The translations under genes and the position numbers were made by a program. The notes under the pieces were generated by a model that was given only the letters and a program-made list of their open reading frames with translations, was not told where the DNA came from and ran no database searches. Below are positions 35,762 through 45,256 of a DNA stretch of 64,000 nt, one piece after another. How positions within the stretch are numbered: position 1 is the stretch's first letter; every line of letters starts with the position of its first letter. Origin of the DNA: Betaproteobacteria bacterium (GTDB lineage: Bacteria > Pseudomonadota > Gammaproteobacteria > Burkholderiales > CAIKXV01); contig CANGYF010000004.1 of assembly GCA_947458265.1 (NCBI GenBank), positions 232,041-296,040 of the forward strand, in the 5' to 3' direction.

Positions 35762-37147
35762 ATGTCCACCATCCGTACCCGTTTCGCTCCCAGCCCGACC
35801 GGCTACCTGCATATCGGCGGTGCACGCACCGCGCTGTTCTCCTGGGCCTATGCGCGCAAGCATGGCGGCAAGTTCGTGCTGCGGATCGAGGACACGGACC
35901 TCGAGCGTTCCACCCAGGCTTCGGTGCAGGCCATCCTCGACGGGCTGTCGTGGCTCGGCATCGACTGGGACGAGGGCCCGGCGTTCCAGATGCAGCGCCT
36001 CGCGCGCTACCAGGAGATCGCCGAGCGGATGATCCGCGAGGGCCATGCGTACCACTGCTACGCGACGAAGCAGGAACTGGACGAGATGCGCGAGGCGCAG
36101 CGGGCGCGCGGCGAGAAGCCGCGCTACGACGGCCGCTGGCGCGATTCGACGCGCACGCCGCCGCCAGGCGTGCCGCCGGTCGTTCGCCTGAAGAACCCGA
36201 TCGGCGGGGAGGTGGCCTTCAACGACCTGGTTAAGGGGCCGATCTCGTTCTCCAATGACGAGCTCGACGATTTCGTGATCCTGCGCGCCGATGGTGTGCC
36301 GACCTACAACTTCGGGGTGGTGGTCGACGACCTCGACATGAACATCACGCACGTGATCCGTGGCGACGATCACGTGAACAACACGCCGCGCCAGATCAAC
36401 GTCTATCGTGCGCTGGGCGCGAGCCTGCCGCTGTTCGCACACGTGCCGATGATCCTGGGCGCCGATGGCGAGCGGCTGTCCAAGCGGCATGGCGCGGTCA
36501 GCGTGATGCAGTACCACGAAGAGGGCTACCTGCCGGAGGCGCTGGTCAACTACCTCGCACGCCTGGGCTGGTCGCATGGCGATGACGAGGTGTTCAGCGC
36601 CGCCCAGCTCGTCGAATGGTTCGACCTGCGCCACATCAGCCGCTCGCCGGCGCAGTTCAACCCGGAGAAGCTCGGCTGGTTGAACCATGAGTACATCAAG
36701 GTGGCCGACGATGCGCGCCTGGGCCGTGAGGTCGCGCAGCGCCTCGAGGCCGCCGGGGTGTCGCTGGTCGACGGCCCGCTGCCGCTGGAAGCGGTGAAGC
36801 TGTTCAAGGACCGCGCGCGCACGCTGGTCGAACTGGCCGATGGCGCGCGGCTGCTCTACGCGCCGGCGGAGCCCACGCCGGAGCTGCTGGCCCAGCATGT
36901 CACCGACGCGGTGCGCGAGCCGCTGCGCGAACTGGCGAACGAACTGGCGACGCTGGCCTGGACGCGCGAGGAGATCGGGGCGCTGGTCAAGCGCAGCGCG
37001 GCGAAGCATTCCCTCAAGATGCCGCAGCTGATGATGCCGCTGCGCGCGATCATCGCCGGCACCGGGCAGACGCCGTCCCTCGATGCGGTGATTGCGCTGT
37101 CGCCTCGGGAGCGGGTGCTGGGGCGGCTGGAGCGCTACCTGGGGTGA
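35762..37147 (+). CDS. gltX: Glutamate--tRNA ligase
   Basis: '[28 protein letters not shown]...FVLRIEDTD' (HIGH region) and 'LSKRHG' (KMSKS-like). Confidence 0.95.
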   Translation: MSTIRTRFAPSPTGYLHIGGARTALFSWAYARKHGGKFVLRIEDTDLERSTQASVQAILDGLSWLGIDWDEGPAFQMQRLARYQEIAERMIREGHAYHCYATKQELDEMREAQRARGEKPRYDGRWRDSTRTPPPGVPPVVRLKNPIGGEVAFNDLVKGPISFSNDELDDFVILRADGVPTYNFGVVVDDLDMNITHVIRGDDHVNNTPRQINVYRALGASLPLFAHVPMILGADGERLSKRHGAVSVMQYHEEGYLPEALVNYLARLGWSHGDDEVFSAAQLVEWFDLRHISRSPAQFNPEKLGWLNHEYIKVADDARLGREVAQRLEAAGVSLVDGPLPLEAVKLFKDRARTLVELADGARLLYAPAEPTPELLAQHVTDAVREPLRELANELATLAWTREEIGALVKRSAAKHSLKMPQLMMPLRAIIAGTGQTPSLDAVIALSPRERVLGRLERYLG

Positions 37148-37154
37148 GTTGGCG

Positions 37155-38471
37155 CTACTGCGCCATCATCCACGCGAGCAGCCGGGTGCCGAGTTCGAAG
37201 TCCGCGTAGTCCATCGCTTCCTTGGCGTTGTGGCTGCCGTTGGCGTTGCGCACGAAGATCATCGCCGACGGCAGGCCGGCGTGCACGAAATCCTGCGCGT
37301 CGTGGCCGGCACCGCTCGGGATATCCATCGCCGGGATGCCCAGTTCGACCGCACCGCGGTTGAGCGCAGCGCGGAAGCCTGGATCCATCGTCGCCGGATC
37401 CTGCGGTGAGAAGCTGCCGAGTTCGAACGAGACGCGGCGTTCGGCCGCGATGCGGGCCGATTCGCTGCGTGCATGGTCGGCCATGTGGTCGAGGATTACG
37501 CGTTCCTGGCTGCGGTACTCGAGGCAGAAGTCGACCTGGCCGGGCACCTTGGTGATCGAATGCAGCCCGGCATCGGTGAACAGCTTGCCCACCGTGTACG
37601 TGAGGTCGCCGCCCGAGGCCCGTACGCGCGTCGCCTCCTGCTCGATCAGGTGCACGAGTTCGACCGTGGCCAGCACGGCATCGCTGCGGTATTCATGGGG
37701 CACCGCACCCGAGTGGGTATAGGCGCCGATGCAGCGGCAGCTGCGCGCCCGGGCGGAACCGCGGATCGCCGTGACCACGCCCACCGGCAGGCCGAGCCGT
37801 TCCAGCACCGGCCCCTGTTCGATGTGCAGTTCCAGCCAGCCCCTGTATCGCGCGAGGTCGAGCGTGCCTCGGCCCAGTTCTACGCGATCGGGGGAGAAGC
37901 CGGCCTCGGCCATGTGTTCGCGCAGCGTGCGGCCGCTGCGCGTGTTGATGGCCGAGTCGAGTTCGGCCGGGGGCAGGATGCCCAGCGCCGAGCGGCTGCC
38001 GATGTGCCCTCCATGGGCGCCGGCATACCAGGCGCTCGCTTCCTCGGCGCGCACGCCCATCACGGTTATGTCGGCCGGCGGCACGATGCCTGCCTCGCGC
38101 AGGGCCGCCACCGCGGTGAGCCCGGAGACCACGCCGGCCAGGCCGTCGAAGTTGCCGCCGCTGGGCACCGAATCGATATGCGAACCGGTGATCCAGCCGG
38201 GCGCGCCGCGATCGCAGCCTGGCAGCGTCATGTAGAGGTTGCCGAAGACGTCCTTCTCTACGTGCAGCGACAGTTCATTCGCCCTGGCCTCGAGCAGGTC
38301 GGAGGCCGTCTGTTCATTCGCGCTGTACGGCTCGCGCGCCATGCCGACACCGTCGGTGGTCGCGGCAGCGATGGTTTCGAACAGCGCACGTGCCAGCGGC
38401 ATCGCACGGCAGGTGGCCTCGGAAAAGCGGGCTGCAGCGGCAGGCAGGGGGGCGTCGAGGTCTGTCGGCAT
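37155..38471 (-). CDS. M20-family amidohydrolase (allantoate amidohydrolase / carbamoylase type), second paralogue
   Basis: 'GVGMAREPYSANEQTASDLLEARANELSLHVEKDVFGNLYMTLPG' and 'TGSHIDSVPSGGNFDGLAGVV' are colinear with 14996-16255. Confidence 0.8.
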   Translation of the reverse strand: MPTDLDAPLPAAAARFSEATCRAMPLARALFETIAAATTDGVGMAREPYSANEQTASDLLEARANELSLHVEKDVFGNLYMTLPGCDRGAPGWITGSHIDSVPSGGNFDGLAGVVSGLTAVAALREAGIVPPADITVMGVRAEEASAWYAGAHGGHIGSRSALGILPPAELDSAINTRSGRTLREHMAEAGFSPDRVELGRGTLDLARYRGWLELHIEQGPVLERLGLPVGVVTAIRGSARARSCRCIGAYTHSGAVPHEYRSDAVLATVELVHLIEQEATRVRASGGDLTYTVGKLFTDAGLHSITKVPGQVDFCLEYRSQERVILDHMADHARSESARIAAERRVSFELGSFSPQDPATMDPGFRAALNRGAVELGIPAMDIPSGAGHDAQDFVHAGLPSAMIFVRNANGSHNAKEAMDYADFELGTRLLAWMMAQ

Positions 38472-38591
38472 GGGGGTGCGTCCGTCGGAACGTGGGGGCA
38501 GAGCGGCTGGGCAAGACGGACAATCTAACATTCAACCGCTTTCGTGTTTACACGCGAGCGCAGGCCTGCGTATAATTCGCGCCTCTCGTGT

Positions 38592-38667
<76 letters not shown>

Positions 38668-38788
38668 ATTACCTGAAGTACCGCCATCTGAAGTACGGCA
38701 GCACGGTGGCTGATGTAGAAGTGCAGGCAGCAAAAGCAGCAAACGCAGTCGAAGTCTGTTTCAATCCGTAGAGTCCGCACCACGCCTC

Positions 38789-38864
38789 GTCCCCATCGTC
38801 TAGAGGCCTAGGACATCGCCCTTTCACGGCGGTAACGGGGGTTCGAATCCCCCTGGGGACGCCA
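38789..38864 (+). tRNA. tRNA-Glu (anticodon UUC)
   Basis: GTCCCCATCGTCTAGAGGCCTAGGACATCGCCCTTTCACGGCGGTAACGGGGGTTCGAATCCCCCTGGGGACGCCA, with anticodon loop CTTTCAC. Confidence 0.9.
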
Positions 38865-38894
38865 AGCATCACGGCGTCGTTTGCGCACGGTACA

Positions 38895-38913
38895 CCCTGC
38901 AGACATTGCAGGG
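38895..38913 (+). terminator. Stem-loop downstream of the tRNA pair
   Basis: ccctgca-gacat-tgcaggg, a 7-bp stem with a 5-nt loop, 30 nt after tRNA-Glu. Confidence 0.4.
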
Positions 38914-39037
38914 CCTGCAATAGGCCATACGGCTCTACCTGCCGTCGGGAATCTGTACGATCCGGCATTCCGGGCATCCTGATCGCCGCTGTGCCGATAT
39001 CATGCGGGCGTGCCGCTCCGGTACATCCCCCTGTTAG

Positions 39038-40657
39038 ATGCCCATGGCCCGCCTGACATCCATCCTGCTGTCCCTGATCAGCCTGCTCATGATGACCGGG
39101 CCGGGTGCTGCTGCCGTTGCAGCGGAACCTGCGGCCTCTGCCCGTGAGGCCCCGGTGGTGGTGTTCAACCGGACGGTAGCCACCTTCCGTGCATCGTTCC
39201 TCGGCACGCCGCCCGACGACCGTGCCCGCCGTACGCGGCAGACGCTGTCGGAACTGCTCGGGCGCGCCGGCGCCGGCGAGGTGTCCACGCACGCCGAACC
39301 GCAAGGCATGGTGATCCGGCTCGACGGCGCGTTCGCGATGATCCTGTTGCCCGAGGACGCCGACCGGTTGCGCGGCGAGACGCTGGAGGCCGCCACCGCG
39401 CGCACCGTCGAGGCGCTGCGCCAGGTCGTTTCCGAGACCAGGGAGGGACGCGACCGCATGTTCCTGCTGCGTGGCCTGGCACTCGCCGCGGCTGCGACGG
39501 TCGCGCTGGCGCTGCTGACCCTGGCCGTGCTGCGCGTGCGTCGCCGCCTGCGCGCGAAGGCCCACGCCTTGATCGGCGCGCGGGCCGACCGGCTGCGCAT
39601 CGGCGATGCCCAGCTGCTGCACCCGGCGAAAGTGGCCGAGGTGGTCGGTGCATGCATCACCCTGAGCGCGTGGCTGCTGCTCCTGCTGTTGAGCTACCAG
39701 TGGTTGAGCTTCGTGCTCGAGCGCTTCCCGTACACCCGGCCCTGGGGTGAACAGTTGCAGGCCTACCTGCTCGGGGTTGCGTACAGCCTCGGCACCGGGG
39801 TGCTGGGGGCCTTGCCCGACCTGCTGGTGGCGGTGCTGATCTTCATGCTGGCCCGCAGCGCGATCGGCCTGGTGTCGCCGCTGTTCGATCGCGCCGGCCA
39901 GCACGGCGGTGCGCTCGGCTGGCTGGACGCCGATACGGTGCGCCCGACGCGCGCGGTGTTCACGATCGGCGTCTGGCTGTTCGCGATCGTGATGGCCTAC
40001 CCCTACCTGCCCGGTGCGGGAAGCGAGGCCTTCAAGGGCATGTCGGTGCTGGTGGGCCTGATGCTCACCGTGGGCGGGGCGAGCCTGGTGAGCCAGGGGG
40101 CGAGCGGGCTGATCCTGATGTACTCGCGCACGCTGCGCGTGGGCGAGTACGTGCGCGCCGCCGACCACGAAGGTACGGTCACGGAGATGGGCATGTTCAC
40201 CACGCGCATCCGGACCGGCATGGGGGAGGAGGTCACCTTGCCGAATGCGCTGCTGCTGGGCACGGTGACCAAGAACTATTCCCGGTCGGTCGTGGGTCGT
40301 GGCTACGTGGTCGATACCACCCTCACGATCGGCTACGACACGCCGTGGCGCGAGGTCGAGTCGATGATGCTGGAGGCGGCACGTCGCACCACGGGCGTGC
40401 TGGCAGCGCCCGCACCGCGCGTGTTCCAGACGGCACTGTCGGATTTCTATATCGAGTACCGGCTGGTCTGCCAGGCGGTGCCCGGCGAGCCGCGGCCGCG
40501 CGCGGAAGTGCTGACCATGCTGCATCAGCACCTCCTCGATGTATTCAACGAGCGTGGGGTGCAGATCATGTCGCCGCACTACATCAGCGACCCTGCCGAA
40601 CCCAAGCTCGTTGCGCGGCCTGCAGCCAGCGACGCCCCGGCGCGGCAGGACTCCTGA
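39038..40657 (+). CDS. MscS-family mechanosensitive channel with an N-terminal periplasmic extension
   Basis: Signal-like N-terminus. The core 'LVSQGASGLILMYSRTLRVGEYVRAADHEGTVTEMGMFTTRIRTGMGEEVTLPNALLLGTVTKNYS' is the MscS TM3/beta-domain pattern. Confidence 0.85.
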   Translation: MPMARLTSILLSLISLLMMTGPGAAAVAAEPAASAREAPVVVFNRTVATFRASFLGTPPDDRARRTRQTLSELLGRAGAGEVSTHAEPQGMVIRLDGAFAMILLPEDADRLRGETLEAATARTVEALRQVVSETREGRDRMFLLRGLALAAAATVALALLTLAVLRVRRRLRAKAHALIGARADRLRIGDAQLLHPAKVAEVVGACITLSAWLLLLLLSYQWLSFVLERFPYTRPWGEQLQAYLLGVAYSLGTGVLGALPDLLVAVLIFMLARSAIGLVSPLFDRAGQHGGALGWLDADTVRPTRAVFTIGVWLFAIVMAYPYLPGAGSEAFKGMSVLVGLMLTVGGASLVSQGASGLILMYSRTLRVGEYVRAADHEGTVTEMGMFTTRIRTGMGEEVTLPNALLLGTVTKNYSRSVVGRGYVVDTTLTIGYDTPWREVESMMLEAARRTTGVLAAPAPRVFQTALSDFYIEYRLVCQAVPGEPRPRAEVLTMLHQHLLDVFNERGVQIMSPHYISDPAEPKLVARPAASDAPARQDS

Positions 40658-42747
40658 TGGGCGGCGTTCACGCGGCGTCAGGCGAGCCATCGGCCGCGGC
40701 GGCAGCCGCTGCCCTCGCGCTGTTCGCCGACCCGGCCGGCGATGCCGTGCAGGCACTCGCGGCGCTGTTCGATTTCGTGCGTCCGCGCGACCCGAAGGAT
40801 GCCGAAGGCAGCGCGAAGCGCTACACGGCAGTCATCGAGCTCCTCGAGACCGATCCGACCCGTGCTGCCCAGGTGCGGCAGCATGTGCTGCAGCTGATGG
40901 CACGCCGACGGCTGGTCGGGTTCTTTTCCGAGAGCGGCATCCTGCCAGGCACCGGTTTCTTCACCGAACTCGGCCGTATCGCGGCCGACCGGCTGCTTCC
41001 GGACGTGCCGGATCCAGACGATCTGCGCGGTGCGCTTCGCCAGGTGTTCCACCGGCGCGGGGACTGGGTCTGGTTCTCGGCGCTGCCCTCGGAGTTGTCG
41101 CGCCGATTCTGGCATCTGGTCGCGCGCGAGGACGGATCCGACGAGTTCCTGGGCCGGGCGATCGTCGAGCACATCATGGAGGCGCTGCTGATCCTCGCCT
41201 ACCGGGTCGGTGGCATCGACGTCGAAGGGGAATTCGGCCGGCTTGGCGCGGAGTTCAAGGGCCATGCGGCCTGCTTCCGCGGGCTCACCGGTGCCGCCCA
41301 GCGCTATGTCGACGGGCTGCGTGCGCACCTTGTCGATCCGGACGTGGTGCCGATGGACAGCGCCGAGGTCCAGGTGCTGGTCGACCAGTGCCAGTCGGTG
41401 ATCGATCGCGCGCACCGGCTCGCCGTGTCCCAGGGCACGAGCGTGCGCCTGTCCTACATGATCCGGCGCAGCGCGCAGACCCTGCGCCGGATCGACGACC
41501 TGTGCCGGCTGATCGACGCGGGCCTGGTGAACGGGCAGGCCGGCCTGCGCCGGCAGGAAGTTGTCGAGCGCTGGAGCGCACTGGTGCGCTCGGCGCTGGC
41601 GGCCGAAGGGCAGCGCCGGAGCCTGCGCAGCCACGTCGGTTCGGGCGTGTCGATGCTGGCGATGCGCGTGACCGAGAACGCCGCCAGGACCGGCGAGCAC
41701 TACATCGCGGAGACGCGCGTCGCGTACCGCGCGATGTGGCTGGCCGCGATGGGCGCTGGCGGGCTGATCGGCGCCATGGCCCTGCTCAAGATCTTCGCCG
41801 GCAAGCTCGACCTGGCCCCGGCCGGTTATGCGATCGGCTACAGCCTGATCTACGGGCTGGGCTTCGTCATCATCTACATGCTGCACCTGACCGTCGCTAC
41901 CAAGCAGCCAGCGATGACCGCGCAGACCCTCGCCGGCTACCTGGGGGACCTGCATGCCGGCGGGGCGCGGCGCGTGGCCGATCTCGACCGGGTGGTGGAA
42001 CTGTTCGCGGCGGTCGCGCGGACCCAGACCGCGGCCATCCTCGGCAACGTGGTCGTCGCCTTCCCGATGGCACTGCTGCTGTCGCTGCTGTTCGTGGCCC
42101 TGTCGGGCGCGCCGCCCATCGATGAAGCCAAGGCGGCGCATCTCCTGGCTGACCTCGATATCGCCGGCTGGGCCCTGCCGTATGCCGCGATCGCAGGCGT
42201 GTTCCTGTTCCTGTCGGGTGTACTCACCGGATACTTCGACAACCATGCGAGCTATACGCGGCTCGGGCAGCGCATCGAGCGGCTGGCCTGGCTGCGCCGG
42301 CTCGCCGGGCCGGCGCGCGCGGGCCGGATCGGTGCCTACCTCGAAGCCAACCTCGGCGGCCTGCTCGGCAACTTCCTGTTCGGCTGCATGCTGGGTACGG
42401 CTGGCACGATCGGGATGATCCTCGGGTTGCCGATCGACATCCGGCATATCGCCTTCTCATCGGCCAACCTCGGCTACGCGCTGGCGGGGTTCGGCTTCTC
42501 GTTGCCCTGGCAGGCCCTGGCCTGGGGGCTGCTCGGGGTCTTCGCGATCGGCGCCGTGAACCTGCTGGTGAGCTTCTGGCTTGCGCTGTGGATGGCGATG
42601 CGCGCCCGCGCGATCGTCGTCGCCGACGTGCGCGGCCTGGGCGGTCGCCTGTGGCACCGGCTGCGTGCCTCGCCGGCGACGTTCTTCACTGCGCGCGGCC
42701 TGCCGCGCGATCAGCCGGTCGAGCCGGCTTCGCGCCAGAACTGCTGA
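40657..42747 (+). CDS. Polytopic membrane protein of the family annotated 'site-specific recombinase' (Gcr/PF10136-like)
   Basis: The ATG overlaps the MscS stop (TGATG). 'LVGFFSESGILPGTGFFTELGRIAADRLLPDVPDPDDLRGAL...WVWFSALPSE' resembles this family's conserved N-terminal region. The C-terminal half has many TM helices. Confidence 0.65.
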   Translation: MGGVHAASGEPSAAAAAAALALFADPAGDAVQALAALFDFVRPRDPKDAEGSAKRYTAVIELLETDPTRAAQVRQHVLQLMARRRLVGFFSESGILPGTGFFTELGRIAADRLLPDVPDPDDLRGALRQVFHRRGDWVWFSALPSELSRRFWHLVAREDGSDEFLGRAIVEHIMEALLILAYRVGGIDVEGEFGRLGAEFKGHAACFRGLTGAAQRYVDGLRAHLVDPDVVPMDSAEVQVLVDQCQSVIDRAHRLAVSQGTSVRLSYMIRRSAQTLRRIDDLCRLIDAGLVNGQAGLRRQEVVERWSALVRSALAAEGQRRSLRSHVGSGVSMLAMRVTENAARTGEHYIAETRVAYRAMWLAAMGAGGLIGAMALLKIFAGKLDLAPAGYAIGYSLIYGLGFVIIYMLHLTVATKQPAMTAQTLAGYLGDLHAGGARRVADLDRVVELFAAVARTQTAAILGNVVVAFPMALLLSLLFVALSGAPPIDEAKAAHLLADLDIAGWALPYAAIAGVFLFLSGVLTGYFDNHASYTRLGQRIERLAWLRRLAGPARAGRIGAYLEANLGGLLGNFLFGCMLGTAGTIGMILGLPIDIRHIAFSSANLGYALAGFGFSLPWQALAWGLLGVFAIGAVNLLVSFWLALWMAMRARAIVVADVRGLGGRLWHRLRASPATFFTARGLPRDQPVEPASRQNC

Positions 42748-42884
42748 CGGCGTCACCCCGACGGGCGATGCCGCCGTCCGTCAATTGGCGGGATGCTGCG
42801 TGATGGTGCACGGAAGGCTCAACGCGCACCGTGAAGGGGAGCGGAAAGCCGCCTGGACGCGGCCTGCACCGAGAAAGCGCACGC

Positions 42885-42900
42885 TGGCACGACTGCTGCT
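42885..42900 (+). promoter_or_regulatory. Sigma54 (-24/-12) promoter candidate for the ABC transporter-cynS operon
   Basis: TGGCACGACTGCTGCT against the consensus TGGCACG-N4-TTGCW matches 11 of 12 specified positions, with correct GG/GC spacing. It lies 39 nt upstream of the GTG at 42939. Confidence 0.55.
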
Positions 42901-42938
42901 TTAGGTGTGGGCTATCCCAACCCACACTGGAGATCCGA

Positions 42939-44366
42939 GTGGCCGCGTTCGACAATCCCTTCGACCCCTCGTTGACGCTGAACCCCTGCGAATGCGGACG
43001 CCATGCGTCGCAGGCCGACCATGACGCGCATTCGACCTCCGCGCCGGCGGCATCGGGCCCGGTCGATGCGCAGGCAGCGCCGGGCACCTGGTTCGATGGC
43101 AACCAGGCGACCGAGGCGGCGAGCAACCGCATCATCGAACAGGCGGTGGTCAGGGCGATCTTCCCCGACGACGAGGTACGCCGCCGGTTCCTGAGGGCCG
43201 TGGGCGTGCGTACCGCGATGGGCGCGATCGCCTCCGTGCTGCCGATCGGCGCGATGCAGGCGATCGCACAGGACAGCAAGCTCGCGATCGAGAAGAAGAA
43301 CCTGCAGGTCGGGTTCGTCGCGATCACCTGCGCCACGCCGCTGATCATGGCGCATCCGCTGCGCTTCTACGAGCGCGAAGGCCTGAACGTCGAACTGCAG
43401 CGCACGGCCGGCTGGGCGCTGGTGCGCGACAAGATGATCAACCGCGAGTACGACGCCTCGCACATGCTCTCGCCGATGCCGCTGTCTATCTCGATGGGAC
43501 TCGGTTCGGTCGCGACCGGCATCAACGTCGCGACCATCCAGAACGTCAATGGGCAGGCGATCACGCTGCACCAGAAGTTCAAGGACCGGCGCGATCCGAA
43601 GACCTGGAAGGGGATGCGCTTCGCCGTGCCCTTCGAGTACTCGATCCACAACTTCCTGCTGCGCTACTACGTGGCCGAGGCCGGGCTCGATCCCGACAAG
43701 GACATCCAGATCCGCGTGACGCCGCCGCCGGAAATGGTGGCGAACCTGCGCGCCGGCAACATCGACGGATTTCTCGGCCCCGAGCCGTTCAACCAGCGTG
43801 CGGTGTACGACGGCATCGGCTTCATCCACCTGCTCACCAAGGAACTCTGGGACGGCCATCCGTGCTGCGCCTTCGGCGTGTCGGATGCCTGGATCAAGCA
43901 GAACCCGAACACCTTCGCCGCGCTCTACCGCGCGATCCTCAATGCCCATGCGATGGCCCGCGATCCGAAGCACCGGCCGCTGATCGCCAACGCGATCGCG
44001 CCATCGCAGTACCTGAACCAGCCCTACGAGGTGATCGAGCAGGTGCTGGTCGGTACCTATGCCGACGGCCTGGGCAACGTGCGCAAGGATCCGAACCGGG
44101 TCGACTTCGATCCGTTCCCGTGGGGCACGATGGCGGTCTGGATCCTCTCGCAGATGAAGCGCTGGGGATACGTCAAGGGCGACGTGAACTACCGGAAGAT
44201 CGCCGAGGAAGTGTTCATGATCACCGACGCGCGCAAGGCGATGGGCGACCTGAAGATGAACGCGCCGAAGGACGCCTACCCGCGTATCCGTGTGATGGGA
44301 AAGGAGTTCGACCCGGCGAAGAGCGTCGACCAGTACATCAACAGCTTCGCGATCCGCCGGACCTGA
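42939..44366 (+). CDS. NrtA/CmpA/CynA-type ABC transporter substrate-binding protein (cyanate/nitrate/bicarbonate class), Tat-type signal
   Basis: GTG start with GGAG 6 nt upstream. 'RRRFLRAVGVRTAMGAIASVLPIGAMQA' is a twin-arginine signal. 'LQVGFVAITCATPLIMAH' and 'WDGHPCCAFGV' are NrtA-like. cynS lies downstream. Confidence 0.85.
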   Translation: MAAFDNPFDPSLTLNPCECGRHASQADHDAHSTSAPAASGPVDAQAAPGTWFDGNQATEAASNRIIEQAVVRAIFPDDEVRRRFLRAVGVRTAMGAIASVLPIGAMQAIAQDSKLAIEKKNLQVGFVAITCATPLIMAHPLRFYEREGLNVELQRTAGWALVRDKMINREYDASHMLSPMPLSISMGLGSVATGINVATIQNVNGQAITLHQKFKDRRDPKTWKGMRFAVPFEYSIHNFLLRYYVAEAGLDPDKDIQIRVTPPPEMVANLRAGNIDGFLGPEPFNQRAVYDGIGFIHLLTKELWDGHPCCAFGVSDAWIKQNPNTFAALYRAILNAHAMARDPKHRPLIANAIAPSQYLNQPYEVIEQVLVGTYADGLGNVRKDPNRVDFDPFPWGTMAVWILSQMKRWGYVKGDVNYRKIAEEVFMITDARKAMGDLKMNAPKDAYPRIRVMGKEFDPAKSVDQYINSFAIRRT

Positions 44367-44403
44367 TCCGCGGCAGCCTGGTAAACGAAAGTCCGGAGTC
44401 ATC

Positions 44404-45252
44404 ATGTTCAAGAACTTTGCAAGATCGCAGGGGTTGCGGGCGGGCGTGCTGTCGGCCTGCATCCTTGCCCTGGTGCTGGTGCTATGGCACCTCGCGACCG
44501 CGCCGGTGGCTGCACCGCAGTATGCAGACCCGGAGTACGCACGGCTGATGGGCGGCAAGGGCCAGACGAGCTCCGGGCTGCCTTCGCTGCCGCAGATGGG
44601 GGCGGCCATCTGGAAGCACGTGTCCAATCCCTTCTACGACAACGGCCCGAACGACAAGGGCGTCGGTATTCAGGTCGGCTACTCCATCGGTCGCGTGCTG
44701 CTCGGCTTCATGCTGGCGGCTGCCGTGGCGATCCCGCTGGGCTTCGTGATCGGCATGTCGCCGCTGCTGTTCCGGGCGCTCAACCCGTTCATCCAGGTGC
44801 TCAAGCCGATCTCGCCGCTCGCGTGGATGCCGCTTGCGCTCTACACGATCAAGGATTCCACGATCTCCTCGATCTTCGTGATCTTCATCTGCTCCATCTG
44901 GCCGATGCTGATCAACACGGCGCACGGTGTCGCGGCGGTGCGGCGCGACTGGCTGAACGTTGCACGCACGCTGGAGGCAGGGCGGCTTCGCACGGCGTTC
45001 CGGGTGGTGCTGCCGGCCGCCGCGCCGACGATCCTGACCGGGATGCGCATCTCCATGGGCATCGCCTGACTGGTGATCGTCGCGGCCGAGATGCTGGTCG
45101 GCGGTACCGGCATCGGCTACTTCGTCTGGAACGAATGGAACAACCTGTCGCTGACCAACGTGATCTTCGCGATCCTGATGATCGGTGTGGTCGGCATGCT
45201 GCTCGATCTGGTGTTCGGACTGCTGACCCGGCTGGTCAGCTACCAGGAGTAA
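44404..45252 (+). pseudogene. NrtB/CynB-type ABC permease interrupted by an in-frame TGA
   Basis: Continuous frame from 44404 to 45252, except for TGA at 45067-45069 in '...TGMRISMGIA*LVIVAAEMLVGGTGIGYFVW...'. Homologues carry a conserved Trp (G-x-A-W-L-V) at that position. Confidence 0.7.
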
Positions 45253-45256
45253 ACCG

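Noticed and set aside
38668-38788. AT-richer 121-nt spacer between tRNA-Ala and tRNA-Glu, with short direct repeats (ctgaagtac twice, gcagcaaa twice). I considered it as a possible sRNA or a third tRNA.
   Set aside because: No cloverleaf can be folded, no promoter or terminator is evident, and the repeats are very short. It is probably an ordinary processed spacer.
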